DNA of 64,000 bases from Phycisphaerae bacterium (GCA_963666835.2 CAXXGO010000001.1:256001-320000); one strand, 5' to 3'. Numbered from the stretch's first letter, positions 1-9,753 are shown. A program made the numbers and translations. The notes: generated from the sequence alone by a model not told the origin.

Positions 1-1
1 G

Positions 2-619
2 CTTGAAGCTGGCGAAGGAGTCGGCGCAAACAAGGAGACCAGTCCGCCGGCGGCGAAGAATCCAAGGGTAGCCGCGACCCGGCCGGAGACGAACTCACTG
101 TCGCCCAAACCCGGGGTGGGTGGATCGAATAACAGGCCCACCGCCAACAGCGGGGCGCCGAGCACGGCCGGGCGGCAGGCCAATCGGTCGACCTCAAGGA
201 CCAAGCAACCACCATCGGATGCGGTTGACACTCATAAGGTGCAGCCGGGTGATACGATCTCAGGGCTGGCCAAGGCATACTACGGACACGAGAAGTACAT
301 TGATTTCCTCGCGAAGGCCAACCCGCAACTGGCGGATCCGGGAAGGCTGTCGGTAGGTTCCGTTGTGAGGATCCCACCCGCCCCGGCGGATGGCGATCTT
401 ACCACGACAACAAGCCCGGGGACGAGGCTGGCGGCCGCCACCCGCCCGCACCAGCAGAGAACCTACACGGTTGAATCGGGGGATAGCTTCTACTCGATCG
501 CCGGCAAGGTTCTGGGAGACTCGACCCGCTGGAAAGAGCTGTTCGATCTGAACAGTGATCTGGTCCGCGGGAACCCCAAACGCCTGCAGATCGGCCAGGT
601 CTTGGTTCTGCCCAACTGA
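2..619 (+). CDS. LysM peptidoglycan-binding domain protein (two LysM domains), 5'-partial
   Basis: Frame is open from the window start. It has two LysM motifs, HKVQPGDTISGLAKAYYG and YTVESGDSFYSIAGKVLG...LQIGQVLVLP. Confidence 0.85.
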   Translation, partial: LEAGEGVGANKETSPPAAKNPRVAATRPETNSLSPKPGVGGSNNRPTANSGAPSTAGRQANRSTSRTKQPPSDAVDTHKVQPGDTISGLAKAYYGHEKYIDFLAKANPQLADPGRLSVGSVVRIPPAPADGDLTTTTSPGTRLAAATRPHQQRTYTVESGDSFYSIAGKVLGDSTRWKELFDLNSDLVRGNPKRLQIGQVLVLPN

Positions 620-726
620 CATACTGATAACGAGATGCCCAACAGGCTGCTCCGGCACCGTCAGGCGTCGCCGGCTCCGATCGCGTGAACGTCAACCGGG
701 CCACCCGATAGTGTCCCCGCTATTCC

Positions 727-814
727 GTAGGGCATGGTCGAGGCACGAGACCTGCCGTGGTCGTTGAGCGATGTGCGACTCCGTGGCAGGTCTCATGCCT
801 CGACCATGCCCTAC
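727..814. repeat. Inverted doublet of the 30-bp GTAG-type REP (GTAGGGCAYGGTCGAGGYACGAGACCTGCC)
   Basis: Copies at 727-756 (+) and 785-814 (-). GTAG is followed by a GGCA-GGTC...GACC-TGCC hairpin. About 22 copies occur in the window. Confidence 0.85.
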
Positions 815-1061
815 GAGACTGCGGATCCCAACACGTGCGGGCGCGCGAGCACTCTCTCGATCCCCCGTGCTCGACGATCTTCAAACTCGGAATCGGCAGT
901 TTTCGCGTTCGAGTGGCGCGCGGAAGCGGGTCACGAAAGCACAGTCTCCCTGCCCAGTTGCCGATGAACCCGTAACCGAGGATTGGGGTATTTGCCGTGT
1001 CTGCCGGTTTCCTCCCCATCCACCTGAAACTGCGGGTTTATCCGGATGCCCGCCAGGCTGA

Positions 1062-1658
1062 GTGACAAAGATGACTCCTCGTAAGACAGTCTTCACAACG
1101 GGCGAAGTGGCCAAGATCTGTAACGTGGCTCCGCGCACGGTCTCCAAGTGGTTTGACTCCGGCCACCTGCGGGGATACCGCATTCCCGGGAGCAAAGACC
1201 GGCGGATCCCGCTGGATCAACTGATCCACTTCATGCGTGCTCACGGACTTCCGCTGAACGGGCTGGGCGAGACCGGGGTCCGTGTACTTGTACTCGACCG
1301 GGACATGGAGTTGTGGGATACGGTTCGCCAGGCCATGCCCGCGGAGCCCGCCTGCGATATTTCGGTCGCAACGACCGCCTTCGAGGCGGGGGCGGCCGCG
1401 AATGAGATGAAGCCCGGCGTGGTGATCGTCGATGTCACGCTGCCCGATGTCGAAACGAAAGGGCTTGTGCGTTCGGTCCGCTCCCTGGCCGACCTGCAGG
1501 AGACCCGGTTGATCGCCATTGCGACCGGCTTGACCGAGGCGCAGGGGCACGCCCTGCTACAGGACGGGTTCGACGGGTACCTGAGCAAACCGTTTGAGCT
1601 TAGCGAGCTTATGGACCAACTCGAAAAGCTCGTGTTTGCCCCCGTTGGCAGCCGATAG
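1062..1658 (+). CDS. Response regulator with N-terminal excisionase/MerR-like (HTH_17) DNA-binding domain
   Basis: FTTGEVAKICNVAPRTVSKWFDSG HTH, followed by a receiver domain (VIVDVTLPD, YLSKPF). Start may be 1071. Confidence 0.85.
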   Translation: MTKMTPRKTVFTTGEVAKICNVAPRTVSKWFDSGHLRGYRIPGSKDRRIPLDQLIHFMRAHGLPLNGLGETGVRVLVLDRDMELWDTVRQAMPAEPACDISVATTAFEAGAAANEMKPGVVIVDVTLPDVETKGLVRSVRSLADLQETRLIAIATGLTEAQGHALLQDGFDGYLSKPFELSELMDQLEKLVFAPVGSR

Positions 1659-1740
1659 TCTGCCGCCCCCTCCGCCGGCATAGCGACACCTGGTTGTCAT
1701 AAAGACCTGATCCGCCTACGTCACACCTGGGTTCTCCGGT

Positions 1741-1770
1741 GCGCCACTGCTCTTGAGCAGTGCAGGAACG
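1741..1770. repeat. Small hairpin repeat GCCACTGCTCTTGAGCAGTGCAGGAAC
   Basis: Recurs at ~3588-3616 and ~53878-53906, always intergenic. CACTGCT/AGCAGTG stem. Confidence 0.7.
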
Positions 1771-2195
1771 GCGCCAGGCGTGGATCGAACCAGGACGGAC
1801 GGCATGGGCCCACTTGTTAGCCCGTGCAGTGACAGATTAGAGGCATCAACAACGAGACAGGCCTCGTTCCTCGACCATGCCCTACCAAGCTCTGGCAGCG
1901 GTTCAATCCCCCATCGCCAAAGCGATGAGCCACCCGACCGAGCATCAGTACCTTGACCGGCAGGGATTGGCTGTACGATGTATTCGCCTGGGGCGGGTCG
2001 CTCACGCTCACCGTACTGATGTCGGGTCCCCCACCGCCAAAGCGATGAGCCATTCGACCGCTGGGAAAAAGAACGAGAACCCTGGAACCGAGGCCTGCCG
2101 TCCGGCGTCCAACAGGGAGATTGGCTCGCGGGGCGCCTCCCGAATTAGGATCGGGAGGTCTCTCCCGCACTCGTTCACTAGGGAGGATGTTCGTC

Positions 2196-3401
2196 ATGAT
2201 CGCATTTCAGATTGCCCTGCTTCACCTCGCCACAGGGGTCTTCCTGCTCCACAATGCCGACCCAACGGCACCGGTCGACGTTGGGGTCCGTGATCTCGTA
2301 GCGGGAAACAACGCTTTTGCCTTCGACCTTTATGAACAACTGGCTTCGAAGGAAGGTAACCTCTTTATCGCCCCCCAGAGCGTCTCGATCGCGCTGGGTA
2401 TGACGTATGCCGGAGCCCACGGCGATACCGCCGACCAGATGGCGGCCGTCATGCACTTTCCGTCGGAGCGGGATCAACTTAACCGGGCGTTTGCGGCCTT
2501 GCTTGCCCAGCTCGGGACGGAGTCGGGTGACGCTGCGCAGCAGCTCAATATTGTCAATGCGTTATGGGGACAGCGGGGTTACGGGTTCCTTGACGAGTTT
2601 CTCGCGCAGACTCGCCTGAGCTACGGTGCGGGGTTTCGCGAGGTGGATTTCCGACGCGCGTCAGAACAGGCTCGAGACGAAATCAACCGCTGGGTGGCCG
2701 GGCAAACTCAGCAGAAGATCCAAGAGCTGCTGCAGGCCGGCGATGTGGACGCCGCCACCGCTCTCGTGCTCACCAACGCGGTCTACTTCAAAGGCGCGTG
2801 GGCCAAGCAGTTCGACCGCGGCGACACGAGGAGCGAGCCCTTTCATTTCGGCCATCTTCGCGAGCTGAATGTGCCGCTGATGCATCAACTCGGGCAGTTT
2901 GCCTTCGCGAGTGAGCCGGACGTCGATATCCTGGAACTGCCGTTCGACGGTGGCGGCCTGGCCATGGTCGTCGTACTGCCGAAAGACATCGACGGACTGT
3001 CGAGCCTGGAAGCGGGCCTCTGTCCGGAAGCTCTGAATCGATGGGTCGGCAGCCTTCGGCGGCAGCCGGTTCGGGTGACGATCCCGCGCTTCACCGTGGC
3101 GACGAGGGTGGATCTTGCCGACGAGCTGGCCGGTATGGGGATGCCGGACGCCTTCGGCGCCGAGGCCGACTTCTCCGGCATGACCACGGCTCACAAGCTG
3201 TTCATTTCCAACGTGTTTCACGAAGCTCGCATGGAAGCGAATGAAGAAGGCGCCGAGGCCACCGCCGCCACGGCCGTGGTGATGACTAAGGGACCTCAAC
3301 CTGCGGCTTTCCTCGCGGATCACCCGTTCGTGTTCGTAATCCGTGACCGGCTCAGCGGGAGTATTCTGTTCATGGGCCGCGTTGTGGACCCCTCCGCGTA
3401 A
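2196..3401 (+). CDS. Serpin (serine protease inhibitor), probably secreted
   Basis: NNAFAFDLY, NAVYFKGAW, hinge EEGAEATAAT and FLADHPFVFVIRD...ILFMGRV motifs. GGAGG lies before ATG 2196. Confidence 0.92.
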   Translation: MIAFQIALLHLATGVFLLHNADPTAPVDVGVRDLVAGNNAFAFDLYEQLASKEGNLFIAPQSVSIALGMTYAGAHGDTADQMAAVMHFPSERDQLNRAFAALLAQLGTESGDAAQQLNIVNALWGQRGYGFLDEFLAQTRLSYGAGFREVDFRRASEQARDEINRWVAGQTQQKIQELLQAGDVDAATALVLTNAVYFKGAWAKQFDRGDTRSEPFHFGHLRELNVPLMHQLGQFAFASEPDVDILELPFDGGGLAMVVVLPKDIDGLSSLEAGLCPEALNRWVGSLRRQPVRVTIPRFTVATRVDLADELAGMGMPDAFGAEADFSGMTTAHKLFISNVFHEARMEANEEGAEATAATAVVMTKGPQPAAFLADHPFVFVIRDRLSGSILFMGRVVDPSA

Positions 3402-3460
3402 CGGGAGCCAATGGTGCGTCACACCCAGTGTCGCTTCCGCGAAGTAGTGGGGTTTCTTCA

Positions 3461-3546
3461 TCCCCTCCTCACCAAGGAGGGGCCGGGGGAGGTTCTTCTC
3501 CGTCGGAACAGCCCACCCTCGATCCCCCTAAGCACGGGGGGAGGAT
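3461..3546. repeat. G/C-rich palindromic intergenic element between convergent genes
   Basis: CCCCTCCT-cacca-AGGAGGGG and TCCCCC...GGGGGA hairpins. Confidence 0.45.
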
Positions 3547-3669
3547 CTTGAACGACCTCCCTGGAAACGGCCCCAGGTTTTCGGGTGTGCCACTGCTCTT
3601 GAGCAGTGCAGGAACAGACGCGGTGGGGAATGAACACGAGCCTCTACAAGTGGTGATGCGCTAGTGATG

Positions 3670-4035
3670 CTAGTCGGTCGCCGCCGGACGATTGCCGTGC
3701 TCGGCGCGAATGACGCTGCAGATACCGCCGCGTACGGTCCAGCTCGACTCGACCTGCATCCACCGGGGACTGCAGCAGGCCAGCAGGTCATCGAGGATCG
3801 CATTGGTAACGTCTTCGTAGAAGATCCCCTCGGCGCGATAGCCTTGAAGATATAGCTTGAGACTCTTGAGTTCCACGCAATCGGCGTCGGCGACATACGT
3901 GATTCGGATAGTGCCGAAGTCCGGCTGTCCGGTTTTCGGGCAAACGCTCGTGAACTCCTGAACAGTGTGCTCGATCACGAAGTTGCGCGCCGGTTTCGGG
4001 TTGGGGAACACCTCCAGGACAGTTCGATCAGCCAT
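3670..4035 (-). CDS. queF: NADPH-dependent preQ0 reductase (type I)
   Basis: EFTSVCPKTGQPDF, ELKSLKLY (QueF motif) and VRGGI. Confidence 0.93.
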   Translation of the reverse strand: MADRTVLEVFPNPKPARNFVIEHTVQEFTSVCPKTGQPDFGTIRITYVADADCVELKSLKLYLQGYRAEGIFYEDVTNAILDDLLACCSPRWMQVESSWTVRGGICSVIRAEHGNRPAATD

Positions 4036-4439
4036 CGCGTAACCTCATAGCCTGCCGGACGCGGCCCACGCACGCCATCGACCCGTAACAACCCCTGCTA
4101 TCGGTGAGCCGGAGCAATGTAGTAGGTGGATTCCGTCTTGGCAAGCGAGGGAGGTAACAGGGGCAGGCTCCGCTTGGACGGGCGGGGGCGATTATACGCA
4201 CGAGAGACGCGCGTCTTCGTGATAGGTGGGTGGCCCACCTCCTCCGGAGGTGGGGGAGCCGATGATACGCGAGAGAGACGACAATACGTACGAGGGTCGC
4301 AGTTTGCCGCGATAGCAGGTCGTGTTTTCAACGGCTGAAGCGATGGGACGCCTGAATCGGATGGCATAGGCTAACCTGTTAGCCCGTGGAGTGACAGGCG
4401 CGAGGCACTCGCAGTGATGCGTATCTTCCACCGCTAGAT

Positions 4440-4555
4440 GGGGCGTCGATTTAATCAATCTCGCGAGGTTCAGCTTGCTGGCTCGGAGCCAGAGCATGGG
4501 GTTTCATTCTTGACAGCCAACTCGTACGCTCGGTTTCGATCAAACCGACAGGCCC
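4440..4555. mobile_element. ~115-bp MITE-like remnant with IS1182-like terminal inverted repeats
   Basis: Left end GGGGCGTCGATTTAAT and right end ATCAAACCGACAGGCCC resemble the IS end GGGCCTGTCGATTTAAT at 47385. Confidence 0.55.
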
Positions 4556-4581
4556 AAAAGCCATGGGACGCCCGTCGATCC

Positions 4582-5160
4582 AGGTGCGGTTGGCAGATCG
4601 TAGGGCGGCAGCGAGCCCCTTGGGGCGACAGATCCTTCTAGCCCCACGGCGTAAGCCTGGGGAACCATTCGGGCGTTCCGCGCCAAGCCCCTTGTGGGCG
4701 GCAGATCGCCTCGGTGTTCGAGTGCGCCGCCGGTGATTCGACATCACACAGGGAGATGTTGGCGCCGGCCGGGTGCATAAGCCTATTCGAAGTGCCGCCC
4801 TGCCGGGCTGAAGACGCCTGAGCCGCACGTCCCCAGGGCTGACGCCCTGGGCTGGAATCGGTGCCGCCCTTGCGGGCTGGTTTCGCGAAGCACACGATGA
4901 TCGCCTCTTCGCGCGATATGCGCCTTTGCGGCAGGTCTCGTACCTCGACCGTGCCCTACAGAGACACGAACGTGGCATAGGACTTCGTGTGCCTCGCCGC
5001 TAAAGCGATGGGCCACCCGTTCAGTACCACGACCGTCAGGGAGTGGCCGTATCGTGGCATATAGTTGGCACGAAGCGCGTAAAGGCCGGTCGCTGACGCT
5101 TGCGGTACTGATTGCGATACACGCCTTTACGGCAGATGTCGTGCCTCGACCGTGCCCTAC
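4582..5160. repeat. ~580-bp REP mosaic, direct-repeat copy 1 (copy 2 at ~7923-8499)
   Basis: Near-identical sequence at an offset of ~3339. The ORF track gives identical spurious peptides for both copies. Confidence 0.9.
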
Positions 5161-5213
5161 GAAGGTTTGAGTCCATTCCGCGACCTGTTCGAGAGGCGAG
5201 ATCGTCCTGCGAA

Positions 5214-5774
5214 TCACGGCGCGATCTCCCTCCCACATTCCGGGCAAACGCCGGACTCGTTGCCGGTGAGGTCGTAGCCGCAGCCACCACAAAGCCCGCG
5301 CTTACGGCGACATCGCCGACGAAGCGGGCCGCGGATGAACACTATGGTCGGGTAGGCGGCAAAGAGGACGAAGAAGAACCCTCGGGGCACAACAAGCGCC
5401 CGCAGGAAGACGTGGCTCGGGAAGACATCATCCATGCTAGCGAAGTTCACTATTTTCCCTTTGTCGAGGTATAATGTGCCGACACAGATCGCGTGAAACC
5501 AGGCCTCGGACTCCTCATCCCAAGCATCGCTATCCGCCTGCCCGGCAAACAGGCGTAGGTAGCCGATGGTAGAGTGCCAAGAATGGGACACGGAAAAGAG
5601 GAACCTATCCGGCCCGCTATCCGACCGTCCGAGATACAAGCGTGCAGGACATGGTTTTCGCACCGGACAGACTCCGGAAACGCCCCACACTTCGACGGCG
5701 GCCATCGCCAGCGCTCCCAACGTCAACCCGACGATGATGGCCACGCGGAGCATTCTAAGCATCTTGCGAATCAC
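5214..5774 (-). CDS. Membrane protein with C-terminal zinc ribbon (CxxCGYDLTGNESGVCPECG), cassette 5
   Basis: GTG start overlaps the upstream TGA. N-terminal TM, variable loop, second TM, Arg-rich patch, then CxxC..CxxC. Confidence 0.8.
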   Translation of the reverse strand: MIRKMLRMLRVAIIVGLTLGALAMAAVEVWGVSGVCPVRKPCPARLYLGRSDSGPDRFLFSVSHSWHSTIGYLRLFAGQADSDAWDEESEAWFHAICVGTLYLDKGKIVNFASMDDVFPSHVFLRALVVPRGFFFVLFAAYPTIVFIRGPLRRRCRRKRGLCGGCGYDLTGNESGVCPECGREIAP

Positions 5775-6880
5775 GGCGCGATCGCCCTCCCACATTCGGG
5801 GCAAACACCGGACTCGTTGCTGGTGAGGTCGTAACCACAGCCGAGACACAACCCGCGCTTGCGGCGACGGCGCCGACGTCGGTGACGAAGCGGGCCGCGG
5901 ATGAAGGCGAGAGCGGGGTAGGCCGCCAATATGACAAACGGAAACCAGCTTGGCACCTCAATAGTCTGATGCACGTATTGCCGACTACGGCGTCCGCCCT
6001 TCTTGTCTTGCGACCACCCGAAGGGTCCGAGTTGAATCGTCCGGGGTATGATACCACTTGGATCCGCTACGTAGTCCCGATAGGACACGCGCACTTGACT
6101 CGGCAGACACTCGAACTCCAGGGCGTGGTCGCAACGCGGGTATGGCTCCCCGAATCTTAGGGTGAACCGACTACCTTCGCTCGCCCGCCGGGAGAAACTC
6201 ACTCTCTGGGCCCAAGACGTCCAGTGGGCTGTCTCCCCGGGGAAGGCCAACACCGCCCACGCGGCGCCGTATACAACAGCTCCGAGCATGCATCCGAGCA
6301 GAGTGACTTTGCGAATCACCGAGTAATTCGCCCGCCCGCAATCGGGGCAAACGCCGGAGACGTTGCCCATCAGGTCGTAGCCGCAGGCGATACAGAAGCG
6401 ACGCATCCGCCGGCGCCAGCGACGAAGCGGACCTCGGGCGAAGGCCAGTGCCGGGTACGCGGCCAGAAGGACAAACGGAAACCAGCTTGGCACCCTGATC
6501 GTCCGCCACTCCTTCTCGCCGATACGGTCGCAGCCCTTATCTTGCCCCCAACTGAAGCCCCCCCAGCCTATCCACTTCGAAATGACGCTGCTGGGGCCCT
6601 CCGTGAAATCATACAGGGACGCGGAGACGCGATGTGGCAGAACACGAAACCACAGCTCGTAGTTCCATTGTTTCTTCCTTCGCGGTTCGCCGGGGATCCA
6701 CTGCGCATCGCCAACGCCCAGTGTGAGCATGCTTCCAGCGCTCGCCCGGCTCCAGAAATACACTCTGCGGCCTTGGGACTCCCAGTCGGTCATTTCCTCC
6801 GGGAAGGCCAGGACCACCCATGCGGCCACATAAGCAATCGCCCCGAACGTGCATCCGAACAAGATGATCTTGCGAATCAC
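5771..6880 (-). CDS. Two fused cassettes (3+4) of the same membrane/zinc-ribbon family
   Basis: GTG 6880 overlaps TGA 6877. An internal CIACGYDLMGNVSGVCPDCG is followed by a second VIRK start motif at 6319. Confidence 0.75.
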   Translation of the reverse strand: MIRKIILFGCTFGAIAYVAAWVVLAFPEEMTDWESQGRRVYFWSRASAGSMLTLGVGDAQWIPGEPRRKKQWNYELWFRVLPHRVSASLYDFTEGPSSVISKWIGWGGFSWGQDKGCDRIGEKEWRTIRVPSWFPFVLLAAYPALAFARGPLRRWRRRMRRFCIACGYDLMGNVSGVCPDCGRANYSVIRKVTLLGCMLGAVVYGAAWAVLAFPGETAHWTSWAQRVSFSRRASEGSRFTLRFGEPYPRCDHALEFECLPSQVRVSYRDYVADPSGIIPRTIQLGPFGWSQDKKGGRRSRQYVHQTIEVPSWFPFVILAAYPALAFIRGPLRHRRRRRRRKRGLCLGCGYDLTSNESGVCPECGRAIAP

Positions 6881-7842
6881 GGCGCGACCTCCGTACCGCA
6901 TTCCGGGCAAACTCCGGACTCGTTGCCGGTGAGGTCGTAGCCGCAACCGAGACATAGTCCGTGTTTGCGGAGACGGCGTCGACGTCGATGACGAAGCGGG
7001 CCGCGGATGAAGGCGAGAGTGGGGTAGATTGCCAGGAGAATCGCAACGCCCCAAACGAACCGCGCACCGATCAGGCCGCGGACACGTTCGTTGCCCAGGT
7101 CGTTTGTCGTCGACCGGACAGCTAGACCGATGAGACGCTCACGACGTGATTGGACGTGCCCGATCCACTTGGGGTGGGTCTTCGTCCGTCGCCGTCCGGA
7201 CTGCTCTCCGTATTTGAAGGCGGAGAAGTATAGATGCCCGCGACCGACAGAGACACTTACGACGTGGCCAGAAGGGAGACGATATCCACTGATTCCCCGA
7301 ATTCTCCATGGGTTAGACCGCAGCGGCCCGACGGTTATTGTCGCAGCGAGGCTACCCGTTACGATCGCCCCCAGCGTTAAGACGACGATGACGGCCACGT
7401 GGATTGTCCTGACGGTTCTGCGGATCCACACTACTTGGGCCGTTCTGCGAAACGTGGCGACGACCCGGTTGTAGCCGCGCATCAGGGGGTGGTTCGCTGG
7501 AAGCGGATAATCGCGCCGCCACGCCAGGAAGGTTGGGATGCCGATGATCGCCAGCGGCAGCCAGAGCGGTATGACGAGGGTCGGATCGGCAGGTTTGTTA
7601 CAGGTGTAGCGGGGAAGCCAACGGTATAGAGCAGGTCCGTCCTTTCGAATCATCCAACTGAACTCGTTCAGTTGCTGATCTTTGGCGACCAGAACCCCAC
7701 CGCCATGAACGTCACCATAGTAGTGTCCGCAGCACCAAAGAAAGCCCCACCGTGCGGACAGAACGATCATCGCCGCGAGTAGCCCGCACCCCACAAGCCC
7801 CGCCCGTATGAGGATTCGTCGGTTCCGAGGATTGGTCGGCAT
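6877..7842 (-). CDS. Fused cassettes (1+2) of the membrane/zinc-ribbon family
   Basis: Unit 1 ends IPLWLPLAIIGIPTFLAWRRD with no Zn ribbon. Unit 2 starts near 7431 and ends CLGCGYDLTGNESGVCPECG. Confidence 0.75.
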   Translation of the reverse strand: MPTNPRNRRILIRAGLVGCGLLAAMIVLSARWGFLWCCGHYYGDVHGGGVLVAKDQQLNEFSWMIRKDGPALYRWLPRYTCNKPADPTLVIPLWLPLAIIGIPTFLAWRRDYPLPANHPLMRGYNRVVATFRRTAQVVWIRRTVRTIHVAVIVVLTLGAIVTGSLAATITVGPLRSNPWRIRGISGYRLPSGHVVSVSVGRGHLYFSAFKYGEQSGRRRTKTHPKWIGHVQSRRERLIGLAVRSTTNDLGNERVRGLIGARFVWGVAILLAIYPTLAFIRGPLRHRRRRRLRKHGLCLGCGYDLTGNESGVCPECGTEVAP

Positions 7843-7922
7843 GTGCCAATGGTAGTGCCCCCGACCGGTGAGGCAAGAAAACAGGTAGGGGCCGCTCTGC
7901 GGACCAACTCGCTCGCCGACGT

Positions 7923-8805
7923 AGGTGTGGTTGGCAGATCGTAGGGTGGCATCAAGCCCCTTGGGGCGACACGCCCTTCTAGCCCCAGGCGTGAGCCTGG
8001 GGGACCGTCCGGGCGTTTCGCATCAAGCCCTTGTGGGCGGCAGATCGCCTCGGTGTTCAAGTGCGTCACCGGTGATTCGACATCACACAGGGAGATGTTG
8101 GCGCCGGCCGGGTGCATAAGCCTATTCGAAGTGCCGCCCTGCCGGGCTGAAGACGCCTGAGCCGCACGTCCCCAGGGCTGACGCCCTGGGCTGGAATCGG
8201 TGCCGCCCTTGCGGGCTGGTTTCGCGAAGCACACGATGATCGCCTCTTCGCGCGATATGCGCCTTTGCGGCAGGTCTCGTACCTCGACCGTGCCCTACAG
8301 AGACACGAACGTGGCATAGGACTTCGTGTGCCTCGCCGCTAAAGCGATGGGCCACCCGTTCAGTACCACGACCGTCAGGGAGTGGCCGTATCGTGGCATA
8401 TAGTTGGCACGAAGCGCGTAAAGGCCGGTCGCTGACGCTTGCGGTACTGATTGCGTTCCGCGCCTTTGCGGCAGGTCTCGTACCTCGACCGTGCCCTACG
8501 GGGACACGAACGTGGCATAACAACGCGTGTTGCCCACCGCTGAAGCAGTGGGCCACCCGTTCAGTACCACGACCGTCAGGGAGTGGGCCGGCACTGTACT
8601 CGCCAAGGGCGGGTCGCTTACGCTCGCCGTACCGATGGTGGCCGGTCGCTGACGCTTGCGGTGCCGCGCCTTTGCGGCAGGTCTCGTGCCTCGACCTGCC
8701 CTACAGAGACACGAACGTGGCATAGGGCTTAATGTCCCCCACCGCTAAAGCGATGGGCCACCCGACGCTAGAGCAATGAGCCACCCGACTCGACCTGCCC
8801 TACGG
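7923..8805. repeat. REP mosaic: direct-repeat copy 2 (7923-8499) plus a further ~200-bp internal tandem unit
   Basis: GTAG REPs at ~8269, 8470 and 8675. GGGCCACCCGTTCAGTACCACGACCGTCAGGGAGTGG is repeated. Confidence 0.85.
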
Positions 8806-9753
8806 TCTGGGGTGGAACTTGGTGTGGATGTGCTTGAGTTGCTCTTCGTCGACGTGGGTGTATATCTGGGTGGTGGTGACATCGGCGTGGCCCAGTAACT
8901 CCTGCACGACACGCAGATCGGCTCCGCCGCCGAGCAGATGCGTGGCGAAGCAATGCCGGAGAGTATGCGGGGATAGTCGACCCTCGATCCCCGCCCGCCG
9001 GGCATACTTGCGGACCAAACGCCAGATGTTCGTGCGGTCCAGCGGACGCCCTGTTCGGGAAAGGAAGATCACCGCGGAGTGGCCGGTGCCGAGGAGGCGC
9101 GAACGAAGCGTATCGACGTAGTCGGATACGGCCTCGATGGCCATGCGCCCCACCGGGATGATCCGCTCCTTCCGCCCTTTGCCGATGCACCGGACGTAGC
9201 CGAGCTTCAGGTTGATCTGGTCGAGCGTCAAACCGGCCACTTCACTCACGCGCATGCCGGTCGCATAGAGCAGCTCCAGCAAGGCGACGTCGCGAAGATA
9301 GAACTCCTCCGCAGGGTCCGGAGCGCGGAGCAAGTTCTCGACCTGATCGTAGTGGATGGTATCGGGAATCGTTCGCCAGCGCCGCGGCGACTCCAGCAGG
9401 GCCGTCACATCCCGCCGCAGCACGCGCTCGGCGTGCAGATGCCGCAGGAACACCTTGATGCACGCGAAATGACGCGCGATCGAGGATATTGCCAGCCCGC
9501 GGCGTTGCAGTCCGATCAGGTGACGTTGCACGTCCTCGACGGAAATCTCCTCGGGCTCAACGTCGGCCGCGACGAGATCGTCCCAGAATTCCCGCAGGTC
9601 GCGCTGGTACGCGGTAACCGTCTCACCGGCTAAGCCGCACTCGAGGAAGATGTAGTCGAGGAAACGTTTGACTACCGGTGCCGGCCGGGGGTCATGCCTA
9701 ACCGACCGTTTCGCTACAAGAGTCGCCGTATTCATGAAGACCTGTCGCCGCAA
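8800..9753 (-). CDS. xerD: Site-specific tyrosine recombinase XerD
   Basis: LYATGMRVSE, GKGRKERIIP, HTLRHCFATHLL and LLGHADVTTTQIYTHV...FHPR. Start may be 9735. Confidence 0.9.
   Translation of the reverse strand: MRRQVFMNTATLVAKRSVRHDPRPAPVVKRFLDYIFLECGLAGETVTAYQRDLREFWDDLVAADVEPEEISVEDVQRHLIGLQRRGLAISSIARHFACIKVFLRHLHAERVLRRDVTALLESPRRWRTIPDTIHYDQVENLLRAPDPAEEFYLRDVALLELLYATGMRVSEVAGLTLDQINLKLGYVRCIGKGRKERIIPVGRMAIEAVSDYVDTLRSRLLGTGHSAVIFLSRTGRPLDRTNIWRLVRKYARRAGIEGRLSPHTLRHCFATHLLGGGADLRVVQELLGHADVTTTQIYTHVDEEQLKHIHTKFHPRP

Noticed and set aside
4036..4430. preQ1 riboswitch or tmRNA upstream of queF
   Set aside because: No recognisable preQ1 stem with A-rich tail, and no tRNA-like ends.
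4451..5292. ORFs in REP mosaics (also 7767-8723, 46897-47342, 52049-52533, 55043-56142)
   Set aside because: They are translations of repeats, and identical peptides recur at each copy.
5161..7842. Diversity-generating retroelement as the cause of cassette variation
   Set aside because: There is no reverse transcriptase, and the differences are not adenine-specific.
8800..9753. Integron integrase or island integrase next to tRNA-Ala
   Set aside because: The motifs are typical XerD with no IntI insertion, and I saw no attC sites or duplicated tRNA 3' end.
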